Shown: one piece after another, positions 41,752 to 52,190 of the stretch
How positions within the stretch are numbered: position 1 is the first letter of the stretch
Layout: each line of letters begins with the position of its first letter
Translations under genes and position numbers: made by a program
Notes under the pieces: generated by a model
What the model saw: the letters and a program-made list of their open reading frames with translations, nothing else
What the model was told of the DNA's origin: nothing
Database searches by the model: none
NCBI GenBank assembly: GCA_043803405.1
Contig: JAZDKB010000045.1
Span: forward strand, 1-54,602
Source of the DNA: Spirochaetota bacterium
GTDB taxonomy: Bacteria > Spirochaetota > UBA4802 > JAFGDQ01
Length of the DNA stretch: 54,602 nt
Direction of reading: 5' to 3'

Positions 41752-41879
41752 AACTCATCTCAAAAATACTAAACAATAAATGAGATCTTAAAATTTTTAA
41801 GGACTGCCGTATTTTTTCCAGGTTTTTTTCCAAGCTCCGCTGAAAATTTTAAAGACAATAGCTATTTTTAAGAGTAGTT
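41752..41879. mobile_element. degenerate MITE-like element
   Basis: AACTCATCTCAAAAATA ... TATTTTTAAGAGTAGTT imperfect inverted ends between convergent genes; related end motifs near 32529 and 49515. Confidence 0.45.
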
Positions 41880-41910
41880 ATGATAAGATAAACATTAGTA
41901 TTTTTTATCT

Positions 41911-42933
41911 TCATTTAATGATCTTCATCACGGCATCCAGTACGCGCCCGGGCGCTATGCTTTTCATGCAGTTGAAATGCTTCTTCGCACATTCACGGCT
42001 CCCGTGCCTTCCGCACGGCCTACACCCAAGAGCGTTATTTTCCAGCACAACCGATCTTTTAGCGAGCGGGCCGAACCCGAAATCCTGTACCGTAGCGCCG
42101 AATATCGCGACAGTCGGTACGTTCATTGCGGAGGCGATGTGCAGCGGAGCGGAGTCGTTCGTAACAAGAAGGCCGGACATGCCGACAGCCGCTGCGGACT
42201 CGAGCAGAGAAAGCTCTCCTGCAAGATTAAGCGTGTTATGTGTTTCGAGTGAACGACACAGGTCCCTATCCTCCCTGCCGCCTATAAGGACAATTTTAAC
42301 ATTATTATTGCCCAGGCCGGCAATCAGCTCTCTGAAATATTCCGCCGGCCAGCGTTTGGTTTCCCAGACTGAACCAGGAGCAATGGAAATTATTTTTTTA
42401 CTTCTGCAAAAGCCATTGATAATTTTTTTTACTTTTTTTATATCAGTATCCGAAGGGATAAGAACTGGCGGCAAAGGAGACCGGCCTTTCAGCTTTTCAC
42501 CTAAAACAGAAAAAAGAAGTTTGAAGTTCCTTTCTGTTTCATGAATCCCCAACTCATAATCAACGCGTTCAGTATACAGAAATGATAATACAGAATTTTT
42601 AAAACCTGCTCTTATCTCTGATCCGATGATACGTCCGAGCAATGATGCCCTGATAAATCTATGAAGCGATATATAAACCGATTTCTCACCATGTAATATT
42701 TCTTTTATTTTCTTTCCTGTTTTATATATTCCGGCAATACTTCTATCAATGCCCTTTTTGTCATAAACAATTATGTGATCAATGCTATTGTCATTTCTAA
42801 GCATCGTTTCACCGGCAGGAGTAGTTATAAAAATTATTTTACTTTTCGGATCAGCTTTCTTGATAGAATTTATCATTGAAGTTGATAAAATAATGTCTCC
42901 GATAAATGCGGTCTGATAAATAATATAATACAT
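41911..42933 (-). CDS. glycosyltransferase family 9 (LPS heptosyltransferase-like)
   Basis: AFIGDIIL, APGSVWETKRWP and TNDSAPLHIA motifs. Confidence 0.92.
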   Translation of the reverse strand: MYYIIYQTAFIGDIILSTSMINSIKKADPKSKIIFITTPAGETMLRNDNSIDHIIVYDKKGIDRSIAGIYKTGKKIKEILHGEKSVYISLHRFIRASLLGRIIGSEIRAGFKNSVLSFLYTERVDYELGIHETERNFKLLFSVLGEKLKGRSPLPPVLIPSDTDIKKVKKIINGFCRSKKIISIAPGSVWETKRWPAEYFRELIAGLGNNNVKIVLIGGREDRDLCRSLETHNTLNLAGELSLLESAAAVGMSGLLVTNDSAPLHIASAMNVPTVAIFGATVQDFGFGPLAKRSVVLENNALGCRPCGRHGSRECAKKHFNCMKSIAPGRVLDAVMKIIK

Positions 42934-43175
42934 TATTGATTTTATTTTACTATTTTTGTATTTAAATATAATGTTGACAAATTGAAAGAAAAAGTATGTT
43001 CTTACCGATTCGGCAAAATACAGATTCAGTTTAAAAGGAACAGCTTAATAGTAAAGTAATAAATTTGATTAGACGCTTTTTCAATAATCTTATTTAAATC
43101 AGCCGGAGAAAGACAATCGATAACAGAACAATAAATCTTTCGCAGATATGCACAGTAAATAAAAAAATCAATTCA

Positions 43176-44870
43176 ATGATGGAATTACCGGAGCTTTTAT
43201 CCGTAATTCTAGATATTGCAAAGGATATTGTGAATGCCGAAGGATCGTCGCTGCTGTTAATCGATCCGAAATCCGGAGATCTTATTTTTAACATAGTAAG
43301 CGGCAGCAACAAAGAGATTAAAGGCGAAAAAATTCCGAAAGGTGAAGGGATAGCAGGCACTGTGGCAAATTCAGGGCTGCCATTAATTGTGAACAACGTC
43401 CAGGATGACCCCAGGCATTTTGATGAGATTGATAAAAAATTCAGTTTTACAACAAAAAGCATATTATGCGTACCGATGGAAATGATGGGCAAGCTTCTTG
43501 GCGTTCTTGAAGCTGTTAATTCGATCGGACGGGACGGATTTTCGGATTGGGATCAGGAACTTCTTTCCTACATCGCAGAGCAGGCAGCCATTTCCATTTC
43601 CAACAGAATGCTTTACGACGAACTTACCAGCAGGGTAAAAGAGCTGACCGCCCTTTATAATATCTCACAGTCAATATCATTCGCGGATCCGGACGAAGGC
43701 ATATTTAATAAAATAATCGCATCTCTTACGGAATCGCTTGGAGTCGAAAAAGCATCAATACTTTTTTATGATAGTTCCAAACATAAATTTATTTTAACGG
43801 CTTCATTCGGGCTTCCGAATGCTATCTCAAAAAATTCCGAAATAGAAACAGAAAGATCAATTGCCGGTCATGTTAAAGACACAGGGAACACATTAATTAT
43901 TTCCGATATTGAAAAAGAAATAACATTTCCGCGAAGTGAAAGAGAGCGTTTTTATAAAACAGGCGCTTTTATATCTACTCCGATACGCCTTAAGAATGAG
44001 ATAATAGGAGTGCTTAACCTTGCTGATAAAAAGAACGGACAGGATTTCAACTCATTTGACCATCAGGTAATATCAACGATTGGAACAAGCATTGCAGGCA
44101 TATACCAGGAAATCATTTCTCAAAAAAAAATAAGAGCGCAGAAAATACTTTCGTATGAAATCAATATTGCTGCTGAAATACAGAGAAAAATCCTTCCGAA
44201 CATTCCGCCGGAGATCGCCGGACATAAAATCGGCGCGTTCACAAAGCCGGCGAAAGAGATCGGCGGCGACTTTTATGATCTTTTCAGATTCGATGACGAT
44301 AAATACGCTGTCATTGTCGCGGACGTATCCGGCAAAGGTATACCGGCCGCGCTTTTCATGGGATCTGCGAGAAACAACATAAGAGCAGAGGCAAGGATCA
44401 ATAATCAGCCGGGACGTCTTTTCACGACCGCAAATCAGTATATTTTTCAGGATTCGGAACATGGAATGTTTGTAACAGCATTTTATATGCTGATAGATCC
44501 CCACAATAACTTGTTATACTACGGCAGCGCCGGACATAATGACCAGCTCTTAATAAAAGCTAAAAACGGAGAAGTACTAAAACTTAATACTACCGGTACG
44601 GCACTCGGGCTGGAAATCGATTCAAAATTCGAAGAAAGAGTGGCAATTTACGAACCAGGCGATGTAGTTGTATTATTTACAGATGGAGTTCTGGAATATC
44701 TTGGCAATAGAGATATCGAAAAAGGGGAAAAAATACTTGTCCGGGATATTAAAGAAAACCAGAGCAATTATCCTTACGGTTTAATTGAGCTTTATAAAAG
44801 CGAACTAAAAAAAATTGACTCTGATGACGAATTTATTGACGACTTTACTATTCTATCAATAAAATTTTAA
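43176..44870 (+). CDS. GAF-GAF-SpoIIE (PP2C) phosphatase
   Basis: Two GAF domains; IGGDFYD, ADVSGKG, FTDG and DDFT motifs. The start may lie further upstream. Confidence 0.92.
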   Translation: MMELPELLSVILDIAKDIVNAEGSSLLLIDPKSGDLIFNIVSGSNKEIKGEKIPKGEGIAGTVANSGLPLIVNNVQDDPRHFDEIDKKFSFTTKSILCVPMEMMGKLLGVLEAVNSIGRDGFSDWDQELLSYIAEQAAISISNRMLYDELTSRVKELTALYNISQSISFADPDEGIFNKIIASLTESLGVEKASILFYDSSKHKFILTASFGLPNAISKNSEIETERSIAGHVKDTGNTLIISDIEKEITFPRSERERFYKTGAFISTPIRLKNEIIGVLNLADKKNGQDFNSFDHQVISTIGTSIAGIYQEIISQKKIRAQKILSYEINIAAEIQRKILPNIPPEIAGHKIGAFTKPAKEIGGDFYDLFRFDDDKYAVIVADVSGKGIPAALFMGSARNNIRAEARINNQPGRLFTTANQYIFQDSEHGMFVTAFYMLIDPHNNLLYYGSAGHNDQLLIKAKNGEVLKLNTTGTALGLEIDSKFEERVAIYEPGDVVVLFTDGVLEYLGNRDIEKGEKILVRDIKENQSNYPYGLIELYKSELKKIDSDDEFIDDFTILSIKF

Positions 44871-44961
44871 TAAAAATTGCCGCCCTAAAATTGATGATTG
44901 TTGTCCTGATGAACATATAAACAATTTATTTTAAAACTCTTTTATTGTGAAATAACAAATA

Positions 44962-45972
44962 ATGCATATATTTAAGTTAAACAAATCAAAAACCGTTTTT
45001 TTATTATTTGGATTTATTATCCTGTTCATTCTTTTCAGAAGCTTCGGCGTGGAAAAATTTCTAAATGATATAATGCTGCTAGGCTGGCGTTTTATAATAA
45101 TAGTCTTTCTTTTTTTATTTAACAATATAATATTATCGTATGCATGGAAAGTGCTTATAAATTATAGCATAAAATGGAATATATTTTATAAACTGGTTTT
45201 AGCCAGAATCGCAGGCGACTCAACTTCTTCCATTAATCTGATGGGAGCGTTTGCGGGCGAGCCTATAAAAGCGCTGTTTTTAAAAAACGAAATCCCGTTT
45301 AAAACAGGTCTGGCTTCAGTTGTGCTGGATAGAACAGTGCATTCGCTTGCCAACGCGCTTATGTTGCTCACAGGCATTATATTCAGCTTCTTTATTCTGG
45401 ATCTCCCTGTTGGCATCTCAATAGGATTTTTAATCTTTATTATTTTATTTTGCGTTCTTATTATTCTGATCCTGAAAAAACAGAAAGACGGCTTTATCGA
45501 ATTTATTGTAAACAGAATTCCAAAAAAAATATCTTCAAAATTCATGACCGATGATAAATTAAAAAAGATAAGCGAAATAGACAAAGAAATAATATCTGTT
45601 CTTCACAGTAAAAATAATTTAAAGAGATTTTTTACTTCTTTAGCAGTCAGGTATATTTCTGTTCTAATTACCGGTACTCTGGAAGTTTTTCTTATTATTA
45701 AGTTTATAAATGTTAATATAACGGCCATTAATTCAATGTTCGTTTACTTATTCACTCTTTTCCTAACCAGCATAGTCTTTTTTATGCCTGCCAATATAGG
45801 TACAAGCGAGGCGTCGTATTCCCTTGCGTTAAAATTCCTTGGATATGATCCTGCGCTGGGATTAACAGTCGGGATCATAAGGAGGCTAAGGACATTTGTA
45901 TGGGCAGGGATAGGAGTGCTCATTCTGTTTTACGGAAGCGTTAAAAAGGAAAAGACAAACAACTATGAATAA
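44962..45972 (+). CDS. lysylphosphatidylglycerol synthase TM (flippase-like) domain protein
   Basis: Multi-TM protein with GEPIKA, VVLDR, PANIGTSE and IIRR motifs. Confidence 0.85.
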   Translation: MHIFKLNKSKTVFLLFGFIILFILFRSFGVEKFLNDIMLLGWRFIIIVFLFLFNNIILSYAWKVLINYSIKWNIFYKLVLARIAGDSTSSINLMGAFAGEPIKALFLKNEIPFKTGLASVVLDRTVHSLANALMLLTGIIFSFFILDLPVGISIGFLIFIILFCVLIILILKKQKDGFIEFIVNRIPKKISSKFMTDDKLKKISEIDKEIISVLHSKNNLKRFFTSLAVRYISVLITGTLEVFLIIKFINVNITAINSMFVYLFTLFLTSIVFFMPANIGTSEASYSLALKFLGYDPALGLTVGIIRRLRTFVWAGIGVLILFYGSVKKEKTNNYE

Positions 45973-47029
45973 CTCAAAAATATTCAAACTAAAAGCCGGC
46001 AAAATTGCAAAAGCCGCAGCCGGTTATGCGTGGAGATATATCCGCAGAAAACCGCTTGTATTTAATCTTAATCTGAACGTAACAAACATCTGCAATCAGA
46101 ATTGTCCTATGTGCAATGCCGTGATTACAGGCAGAAAAGGCGGAGTCAGCGTTTCGTTAAGGGAATGCGTGGAAATATACGAAAAGCTGAAACCATATTC
46201 AATTGCTTCACTGACTATTTCCGGTGGCGAGCCCTCACTGGTAAAGGATATTCCTCAGATACTTGATTTTTTTTCAGATAAATTTCCGTTTGGGGTAAAT
46301 GTAAACTCGAATCTGTATGCGAATGAGAAAACAATAACACCTTTTGCCGAATCGGCGTTAAAGAATAACATCAGGATCGGCACGTCATTTGACGGTTTGA
46401 GCAAAACTGCGGATAAACTGCGCGGGGCTAAAAATGTTTCGCAAAAAGTAATTAAAAATATAGAGTTGGTAACCAGGCTTAAAAAAGATCTTAAATCGAA
46501 TTCTACTCTAAACATGAACAGTGTAATTTGCGATCAGAATCTCGATCAGATCCCGGAAATACTCAGTATCTCCGAAAAATTCGGATGGACTCATACGCTT
46601 GCGCCATGGAACTGCTTTTTTTATCAGGATGAAAAGAATCCTGATCTTCAGACTCTGCATTACAGCGACAAGCTCGAAAAGGTTATCGCGCTGGCTGCTT
46701 CAAAAAAAAATATAGCGTGCTCAAGGGAATTTCTTCTTAGTATCCCTAAATTCGTGAAGGATGAGACCGATAAGTACTGTCCGTACCTGACCGGCATATT
46801 CAGAACATATAAAATATTCGTTGACCCGAACGGAGATGTTTCTCTTTGCAGCAGGGAGCCTATTGGCAACATACGGCAATCTTCTCTGGAAGATATTTTA
46901 AAGACCGAGGATTACAGAAGCGATTTGCGCGGTTACAGAAAGTGCCATAAATGCTGGATGGCCTGCTTTGTGGAAGTGCTGCTTGCCATGCCGAAGTTTT
47001 ACCAGAAGAGAATTGTAAACAGGTATTAA
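45965..47029 (+). CDS. radical SAM/SPASM-twitch protein
   Basis: CNQNCPMC and SGGEP motifs; C-terminal C...C...CHKCWMAC. Confidence 0.88.
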   Translation: MNNSKIFKLKAGKIAKAAAGYAWRYIRRKPLVFNLNLNVTNICNQNCPMCNAVITGRKGGVSVSLRECVEIYEKLKPYSIASLTISGGEPSLVKDIPQILDFFSDKFPFGVNVNSNLYANEKTITPFAESALKNNIRIGTSFDGLSKTADKLRGAKNVSQKVIKNIELVTRLKKDLKSNSTLNMNSVICDQNLDQIPEILSISEKFGWTHTLAPWNCFFYQDEKNPDLQTLHYSDKLEKVIALAASKKNIACSREFLLSIPKFVKDETDKYCPYLTGIFRTYKIFVDPNGDVSLCSREPIGNIRQSSLEDILKTEDYRSDLRGYRKCHKCWMACFVEVLLAMPKFYQKRIVNRY

Positions 47030-47033
47030 ATTT

Positions 47034-47062
47034 GCAGGGGCGGGTTCGAAACCCGCCCCTGC
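47034..47062. repeat. REP-like palindrome (GTAG-family variant), probable bidirectional terminator
   Basis: Perfect 13-bp stem GCAGGGGCGGGTT-CGA-AACCCGCCCCTGC between convergent genes. Confidence 0.7.
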
Positions 47063-47103
47063 TTGAAAAATTCGTCCAAACATTAAAACACAAAAATTGC
47101 TTT

Positions 47104-48168
47104 TTATTTCTTAGGTTTAACCTGCTCCTTGTCAAAGCTGCCTTTTATTTTATCAATGCTTTCTTTGTGCTTGCCTATAATCTCATCATAAGCTTTACGG
47201 TAAGCTTCTTTAACCGACGCAATTGCCTTTAAATTTCTTTTCTGCTGGTCAAGGACTTTGTTAGATTCTTTTTTTACTTTAAGATATTTCCCGTACATTC
47301 CTTTCTTGCCTTTCTGATAGCGGTTCAGTATACCGTCAATTGAAGTATTGGCTGCCGAATTAAGATACATATCATCTTCAACATTGCCTTCAAGTAACTC
47401 AATATCTTTATTTGCTTTTTCAAGATTCTCTTTGGTGCCTTTTACTGCCTTTCCCTTTTTCTTTTCCAGATCGCTTATGCTCTTTGAAGCGTTTTCGCTT
47501 CGTTTCTGAAAATCCTTTACATAGAGGCTGAAATCGTCCGCCTTAGCGTCAGGATTATTGTCGAGAGCGCTTTCGTTCTCGTTCTTCCATTTTTCCAATT
47601 CGCCTCCTTGTGCCTGCGCAGGAGCCTTCGCGACATTTATTTCCGCATTCTGATTTCCGGCTATTTCAACCTTTCCGTAAGGATTATGCACATCAAGAGT
47701 GCCTTCCTTCATCTGGACCTTTGAATCGGCGCTGTCGCTTACTGCGACATTAAACTCTGTTCCTCTTACAGCGCATACGGTAGTTGGAGTATAAACTTTG
47801 CGGGCTGAGTCTTTCTCAAGTTTGGCGAATTTAGCCGCGATCATTCCGGATGTTACCGAGACTGAATCCGATCCCAAAACGTTTTTGTTCCCTATGGTAA
47901 CAGCGCTGCTCTCGGTTACTTTAACAACTGTCCCGTCGTCATACGATACATCTGCAAACGCGCCCTTGCCTGTTTTTACTATGTCCCCGGATTCAAGCTT
48001 CATCTGGAACTGGGCGCTTTGCGTCTTGCCGTTTCTAACGACTTTGACGTCGCCTGCCATAAACGAAATCTGCGCTGCAAATACATTTGCCGATAACAAT
48101 ACTATTGCAGCAAAAACCGTCATAAACCAAAATGCCTTTATACCGGGCATTTTTTTCTTTCCTTTCAT
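47104..48168 (-). CDS. FecR-domain exported protein with coiled-coil tail
   Basis: Signal peptide; TPTTVCAVRGTEF motif. Confidence 0.85.
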   Translation of the reverse strand: MKGKKKMPGIKAFWFMTVFAAIVLLSANVFAAQISFMAGDVKVVRNGKTQSAQFQMKLESGDIVKTGKGAFADVSYDDGTVVKVTESSAVTIGNKNVLGSDSVSVTSGMIAAKFAKLEKDSARKVYTPTTVCAVRGTEFNVAVSDSADSKVQMKEGTLDVHNPYGKVEIAGNQNAEINVAKAPAQAQGGELEKWKNENESALDNNPDAKADDFSLYVKDFQKRSENASKSISDLEKKKGKAVKGTKENLEKANKDIELLEGNVEDDMYLNSAANTSIDGILNRYQKGKKGMYGKYLKVKKESNKVLDQQKRNLKAIASVKEAYRKAYDEIIGKHKESIDKIKGSFDKEQVKPKK

Positions 48169-48399
48169 AGTGCATCCTCCAAAAAAATTATTTTAAAACA
48201 TCAAGCAGTGCTTAAAATCTTACATTATGCAAAATTACATAAAGAATAGCAACAAAAAAAGCAATTATTCTAATTACACAAATAAATGTATTTTCACGAA
48301 TAATATTTTTTTAATTTTAATAAATCTTCATATTTTTTTGACTTCTGCTAATTTTTATGTTATTATTGAGAGATAAATTTCATTAAAAACGAAATAAAT

Positions 48400-49455
48400 A
48401 TGCAGGACGAAACTAAAATATTATTCGATAAATACGTAACCGATGAGACTATCCGCAAGCTTAAGCTTGTAATTGAAATCAATTCGTATATTACCAAATC
48501 CCTTGAAGGTGAAGAAGTCCAGAAAAATATTCTGCACCAGGTTAAGCGCCTGCTGCATTGTGAATCCAGCAGCGTTCTTCTGGTTGATAAGGACTTAAAC
48601 AGATTGAAATTCGCTTATTTAAGCAAGGATGAAGAAGGCGCACAGTTAATGGATTTAAATCTGAAAATGGGCGAAGGCATAGCAGGCACTGTATGGAACA
48701 ACGGAACTCCCATGATTATAAACGATGCAAAGAACGATCCGCGTTTTACCGACAAGGTAGATAAAAAATCCAATAATCAGACTAATTCATTAATTGCGGT
48801 TCCGCTTACTTACAAAGGAGAGATTATTGGCGTTATAGAAGCCATTAATAAATACGACGGTGATTTCAACTCTTTTGATCTTGAGATGCTTCAATATATT
48901 TCAACCCAATCCGCCATTGCCATTAAAAATGCCGAACTTTACGATATGGCAAACAAAGACGGTATGACCAAACTGTTTACAAATAAATATTTCAGGGAAA
49001 GGTTGTACGAGGAATGGAGCAGGGCGAAGAGGTATGATCATCCGTTGTCCCTCGTTATATTCGACATTGATAATTTTAAAAATTTTAACAACACATACGG
49101 CCATCTGGCAGGAGACCGGGTCATAATTGAACTATCTAAAATAATTCTGTCAAGTTTAAGATCGATTGATATCCCGTGCAGATACGGCGGAGAAGAATTT
49201 ACTATTATTTTCCCTGAAACATCCAGAGAAGATGCAATTACAGTTGTTGAAAGAATAAGGCAAAAAGTTGAAAGCATTCCAATAGAATATAATAATATCT
49301 TTTTAAATTCGACAATTTCCGGCGGGCTGGCCAGCATTCCCGAGCTTTCGCCGAATAATGTGGAGCATTTTATTGAAATGGCAGACAAGGCGTTATATCA
49401 TTCAAAAAAATCCGGCCGTAATAGGGTTACATATTCAGACATAGCTTCTCTTTAA
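48400..49455 (+). CDS. GAF-GGDEF diguanylate cyclase
   Basis: DIDNFK, GHLAGD, RSID I-site and RYGGEEF motifs. Confidence 0.95.
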   Translation: MQDETKILFDKYVTDETIRKLKLVIEINSYITKSLEGEEVQKNILHQVKRLLHCESSSVLLVDKDLNRLKFAYLSKDEEGAQLMDLNLKMGEGIAGTVWNNGTPMIINDAKNDPRFTDKVDKKSNNQTNSLIAVPLTYKGEIIGVIEAINKYDGDFNSFDLEMLQYISTQSAIAIKNAELYDMANKDGMTKLFTNKYFRERLYEEWSRAKRYDHPLSLVIFDIDNFKNFNNTYGHLAGDRVIIELSKIILSSLRSIDIPCRYGGEEFTIIFPETSREDAITVVERIRQKVESIPIEYNNIFLNSTISGGLASIPELSPNNVEHFIEMADKALYHSKKSGRNRVTYSDIASL

Positions 49456-49643
49456 GACATTAATGTATTTCAATTCCTGGCGCTATCGACCCCTAAAATC
49501 AAATGTAACACTGTTAGAACTCATCTTAAAATTATTCTTTAAATAGGCTAAAAATTTTTATTGCAATAAAAAGCGATTAATAAATAAGTGTTTCTATAAA
49601 TAGAGATATGTAAAATATTTTTTGAATTTATGATATTTAATAT

Positions 49644-51023
49644 ATGAAAACGAATCTTAATAACTGGAGCCCTTTAAGCTGGCGGGAAAAAGAAATTGCT
49701 CACCAACCGGAATATTCCGATCAAAGCAGGCTGCAGGATGCCGAGTCGCGCTTAAGCAAGTTCCCTCCGCTTGTGTTTGCCGACGAAGTTCAGGAACTAA
49801 GCAGGCAGCTCGCTAAAGTTGCCGAAGGACAGGCCTTTCTGCTGCAGGGAGGCGACTGCGCAGAAAGCTTTGCTGAATTCAACGCAATGAACATACAGGA
49901 CACCTGCAAGCTATTGCTGCAGATGGCTGTCATACTTTCTTACGCGGGGAGTTGCCAGGTAGTGAAAGTCGGACGCCTGGCCGGTCAATTCGCAAAACCG
50001 CGATCAAACAAAACAGAAATTATAAACGGCATTGAGCTGCCAAGTTACTTCGGTGACGCGGTTAACGATATTGCGTTCAATAAAAGCGCGCGCGAGCCCG
50101 ATCCCGAACGCTTGCTTCAGGCTTACAACCAGTCGGCCACTACCCTTAATCTCCTGAGGGCACTCACAAAAGGAGGGCTTGCAGACCTGCACCAGGTGCA
50201 TCAGTGGACTCTCGAGTTCGTCAAAGGAAGCCCTCTCGGAGAACGGTACCAGGTACTGGCAGACCTTATCGGTGAGGCGCTTTCCTTTATGGAAGCCTGC
50301 GGCGTAACTTTTAAAGACACGCCGAGCATCCGTGAAACAACCCTGTATACTTCGCACGAAGCACTTTTACTGAATTACGAAGAAGCATTAACGCGCCGCG
50401 ACAGCTTATCAGGCGATTTTTATGATTACTCCGCTCACATGCTCTGGGTTGGAGAAAGGACAAGGCAGACAGAAAATGCCCATATTGAATTCGTAAGAGG
50501 TATAAAAAATCCCATCGGCATAAAGGCCGGTCCTTCTATGGAGCCGGATGAACTCCTGCGACTTATAGACATCGTTAATCCGGAGAACGAACCCGGACGC
50601 CTCACTATTATTGTGCGCATTGGAGAACATATAGCAAAAAAACTGCCTCCGCTGATACGCGCAGTTAAACGCGAAGGCCGCAAAATAGTATGGTGCAGCG
50701 ATCCGATGCACAGCAACACAGTTAAAACACATCACGGGATCAAGACGCGTTCATTTGATCAGATTCTGGAAGAAGTAAAAAATTTTTTTGAGATCCATAC
50801 TGCCGAAGGCACTTATGCCGGAGGGATTCACTGCGAAATGACCGGCCAGAATGTAACCGAATGCATAGGCGGAGCGGAAGCTATAACCGAAAAAGAACTA
50901 TCGGAAAAATATTTTACGCGATGCGACCCGCGCCTGAATGCGAACCAGGCTCTGGAGCTTGCGTTTTTAATTTCCGAATTCCTGAAAAATGCCCGTGTGC
51001 GGGGCTACAAGAAAGAGAAATAA
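49644..51023 (+). CDS. class II DAHP synthase
   Basis: [38 protein letters not shown] and CDPRLN motifs. Confidence 0.95.
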   Translation: MKTNLNNWSPLSWREKEIAHQPEYSDQSRLQDAESRLSKFPPLVFADEVQELSRQLAKVAEGQAFLLQGGDCAESFAEFNAMNIQDTCKLLLQMAVILSYAGSCQVVKVGRLAGQFAKPRSNKTEIINGIELPSYFGDAVNDIAFNKSAREPDPERLLQAYNQSATTLNLLRALTKGGLADLHQVHQWTLEFVKGSPLGERYQVLADLIGEALSFMEACGVTFKDTPSIRETTLYTSHEALLLNYEEALTRRDSLSGDFYDYSAHMLWVGERTRQTENAHIEFVRGIKNPIGIKAGPSMEPDELLRLIDIVNPENEPGRLTIIVRIGEHIAKKLPPLIRAVKREGRKIVWCSDPMHSNTVKTHHGIKTRSFDQILEEVKNFFEIHTAEGTYAGGIHCEMTGQNVTECIGGAEAITEKELSEKYFTRCDPRLNANQALELAFLISEFLKNARVRGYKKEK

Positions 51024-51026
51024 AGA

Positions 51027-51803
51027 TCATATATTCATGGCAAAAAGCGCTGCTCCGATCGCGCCCGTGAACTGCGGATACTGTGGCACAAGTATTTTTC
51101 TGCCTAAAATCTCTTCGGTCATTGCGACTAAATAAGGATTGTGAGCCACTACCCCGCCAGTCATTACAACTCTTTCGGTAAGTGAATCCATTTCGAGAAC
51201 TCTTTTTATGACCGAGTAAAAAAGCCCCTTAACAATGTCCGGCACTTTTTTTCCATGCCTGATATTTTCCAGCACTTCCGTTGCCGAGAACACAGTGCAG
51301 TAACTGCCGAGTTTGACCATATCGCCGGACTGGCTGGCAAGATCGTTCATATCCTCAAGCGGGATGTTGAGGCGCATTGACATCTCTTCGAGGAAAGCGC
51401 CTGTCCCTGCCGCGCACTTTCTGTTCATTTTAAAGTTCGAGCGTTTCCCGTCTTTCTCTATTTTGATAATCTTATTATCCTGGCCGCCTATATCAATCAC
51501 GGTAATCGCTTCTGGGAAATAGTAATAACAGCCAGCGGCGTGGCACGCGATCTCAGTTTTTGTATCGTGCGAAAACGCAACATTGTTCCTGCCGTAACCG
51601 GTGGATACTGTTTTCACGATATCCTGCCTGGACGCCTTTGCCATCTTAAGTGCGGATTCCAGACAAAGCTCCGCTGTGTTTGTAAAGTCTGTTCCCGAAT
51701 GCAGAACAGTATGCCCGATAAAATTTTTCTCTGCATCGAGAATCGCTGCTTTAGTCCTGGATGCTCCTATGTCTATCCCAACGTAAACCGGCTTTGATGT
51801 CAT
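51027..51803 (-). CDS. acyl-CoA dehydratase activase (HgdC/BadF-type ATPase)
   Basis: GIDIG, TGYGR, IDIGGQD.K, KCAAGTG, CTVF and GAIGAAL motifs. Confidence 0.92.
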   Translation of the reverse strand: MTSKPVYVGIDIGASRTKAAILDAEKNFIGHTVLHSGTDFTNTAELCLESALKMAKASRQDIVKTVSTGYGRNNVAFSHDTKTEIACHAAGCYYYFPEAITVIDIGGQDNKIIKIEKDGKRSNFKMNRKCAAGTGAFLEEMSMRLNIPLEDMNDLASQSGDMVKLGSYCTVFSATEVLENIRHGKKVPDIVKGLFYSVIKRVLEMDSLTERVVMTGGVVAHNPYLVAMTEEILGRKILVPQYPQFTGAIGAALFAMNI

Positions 51804-51858
51804 TCAATCCTCATTTATCTATTAATTATCCGTGAATGAAAATAGTTATCAGATTATA

Positions 51859-51989
51859 CCCTCACCCTCCTAACCTCACTGTGCGGAGCCACCCCATGGG
51901 ACTCCCATAAAAATGGCAGAGGAAGGAACTGTTACCCTCGCCCGCGCTTCGCGAGAGTCTCGCGAAAGGCTTCGCCCAGGCGGGTGAGG
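51859..51989. repeat. REP-like hairpin cluster
   Basis: CCCTCACCCTCCTAACCTC start; ATGGGACTCCCAT hairpin; CCTCGCCCGC/GCGGGTGAGG stem enclosing TTCGCGAGA/TCTCGCGAA. Confidence 0.6.
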
Positions 51990-52190
51990 CTATAGAAGCT
52001 AATTCCGTTTTGAATAAGACAGCCTTCCTGTATATCCCATCTAAAGGCTCTGCTGTTTTTACGGGTAGCCGCAATGGCATTAAAAAGCTTACCGACTTAC
52101 AACTTGTAACAACATATTAAAACAGAAAAACTAAGATTAAAAATAAAACTGAAGGTAAAAGTTAGAAATTAATACTTATAATTTTTTAGT

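Noticed and set aside
51862..52080. 72-aa minus-strand ORF
   Set aside because: Runs through REP-like hairpins; no RBS or protein motif.
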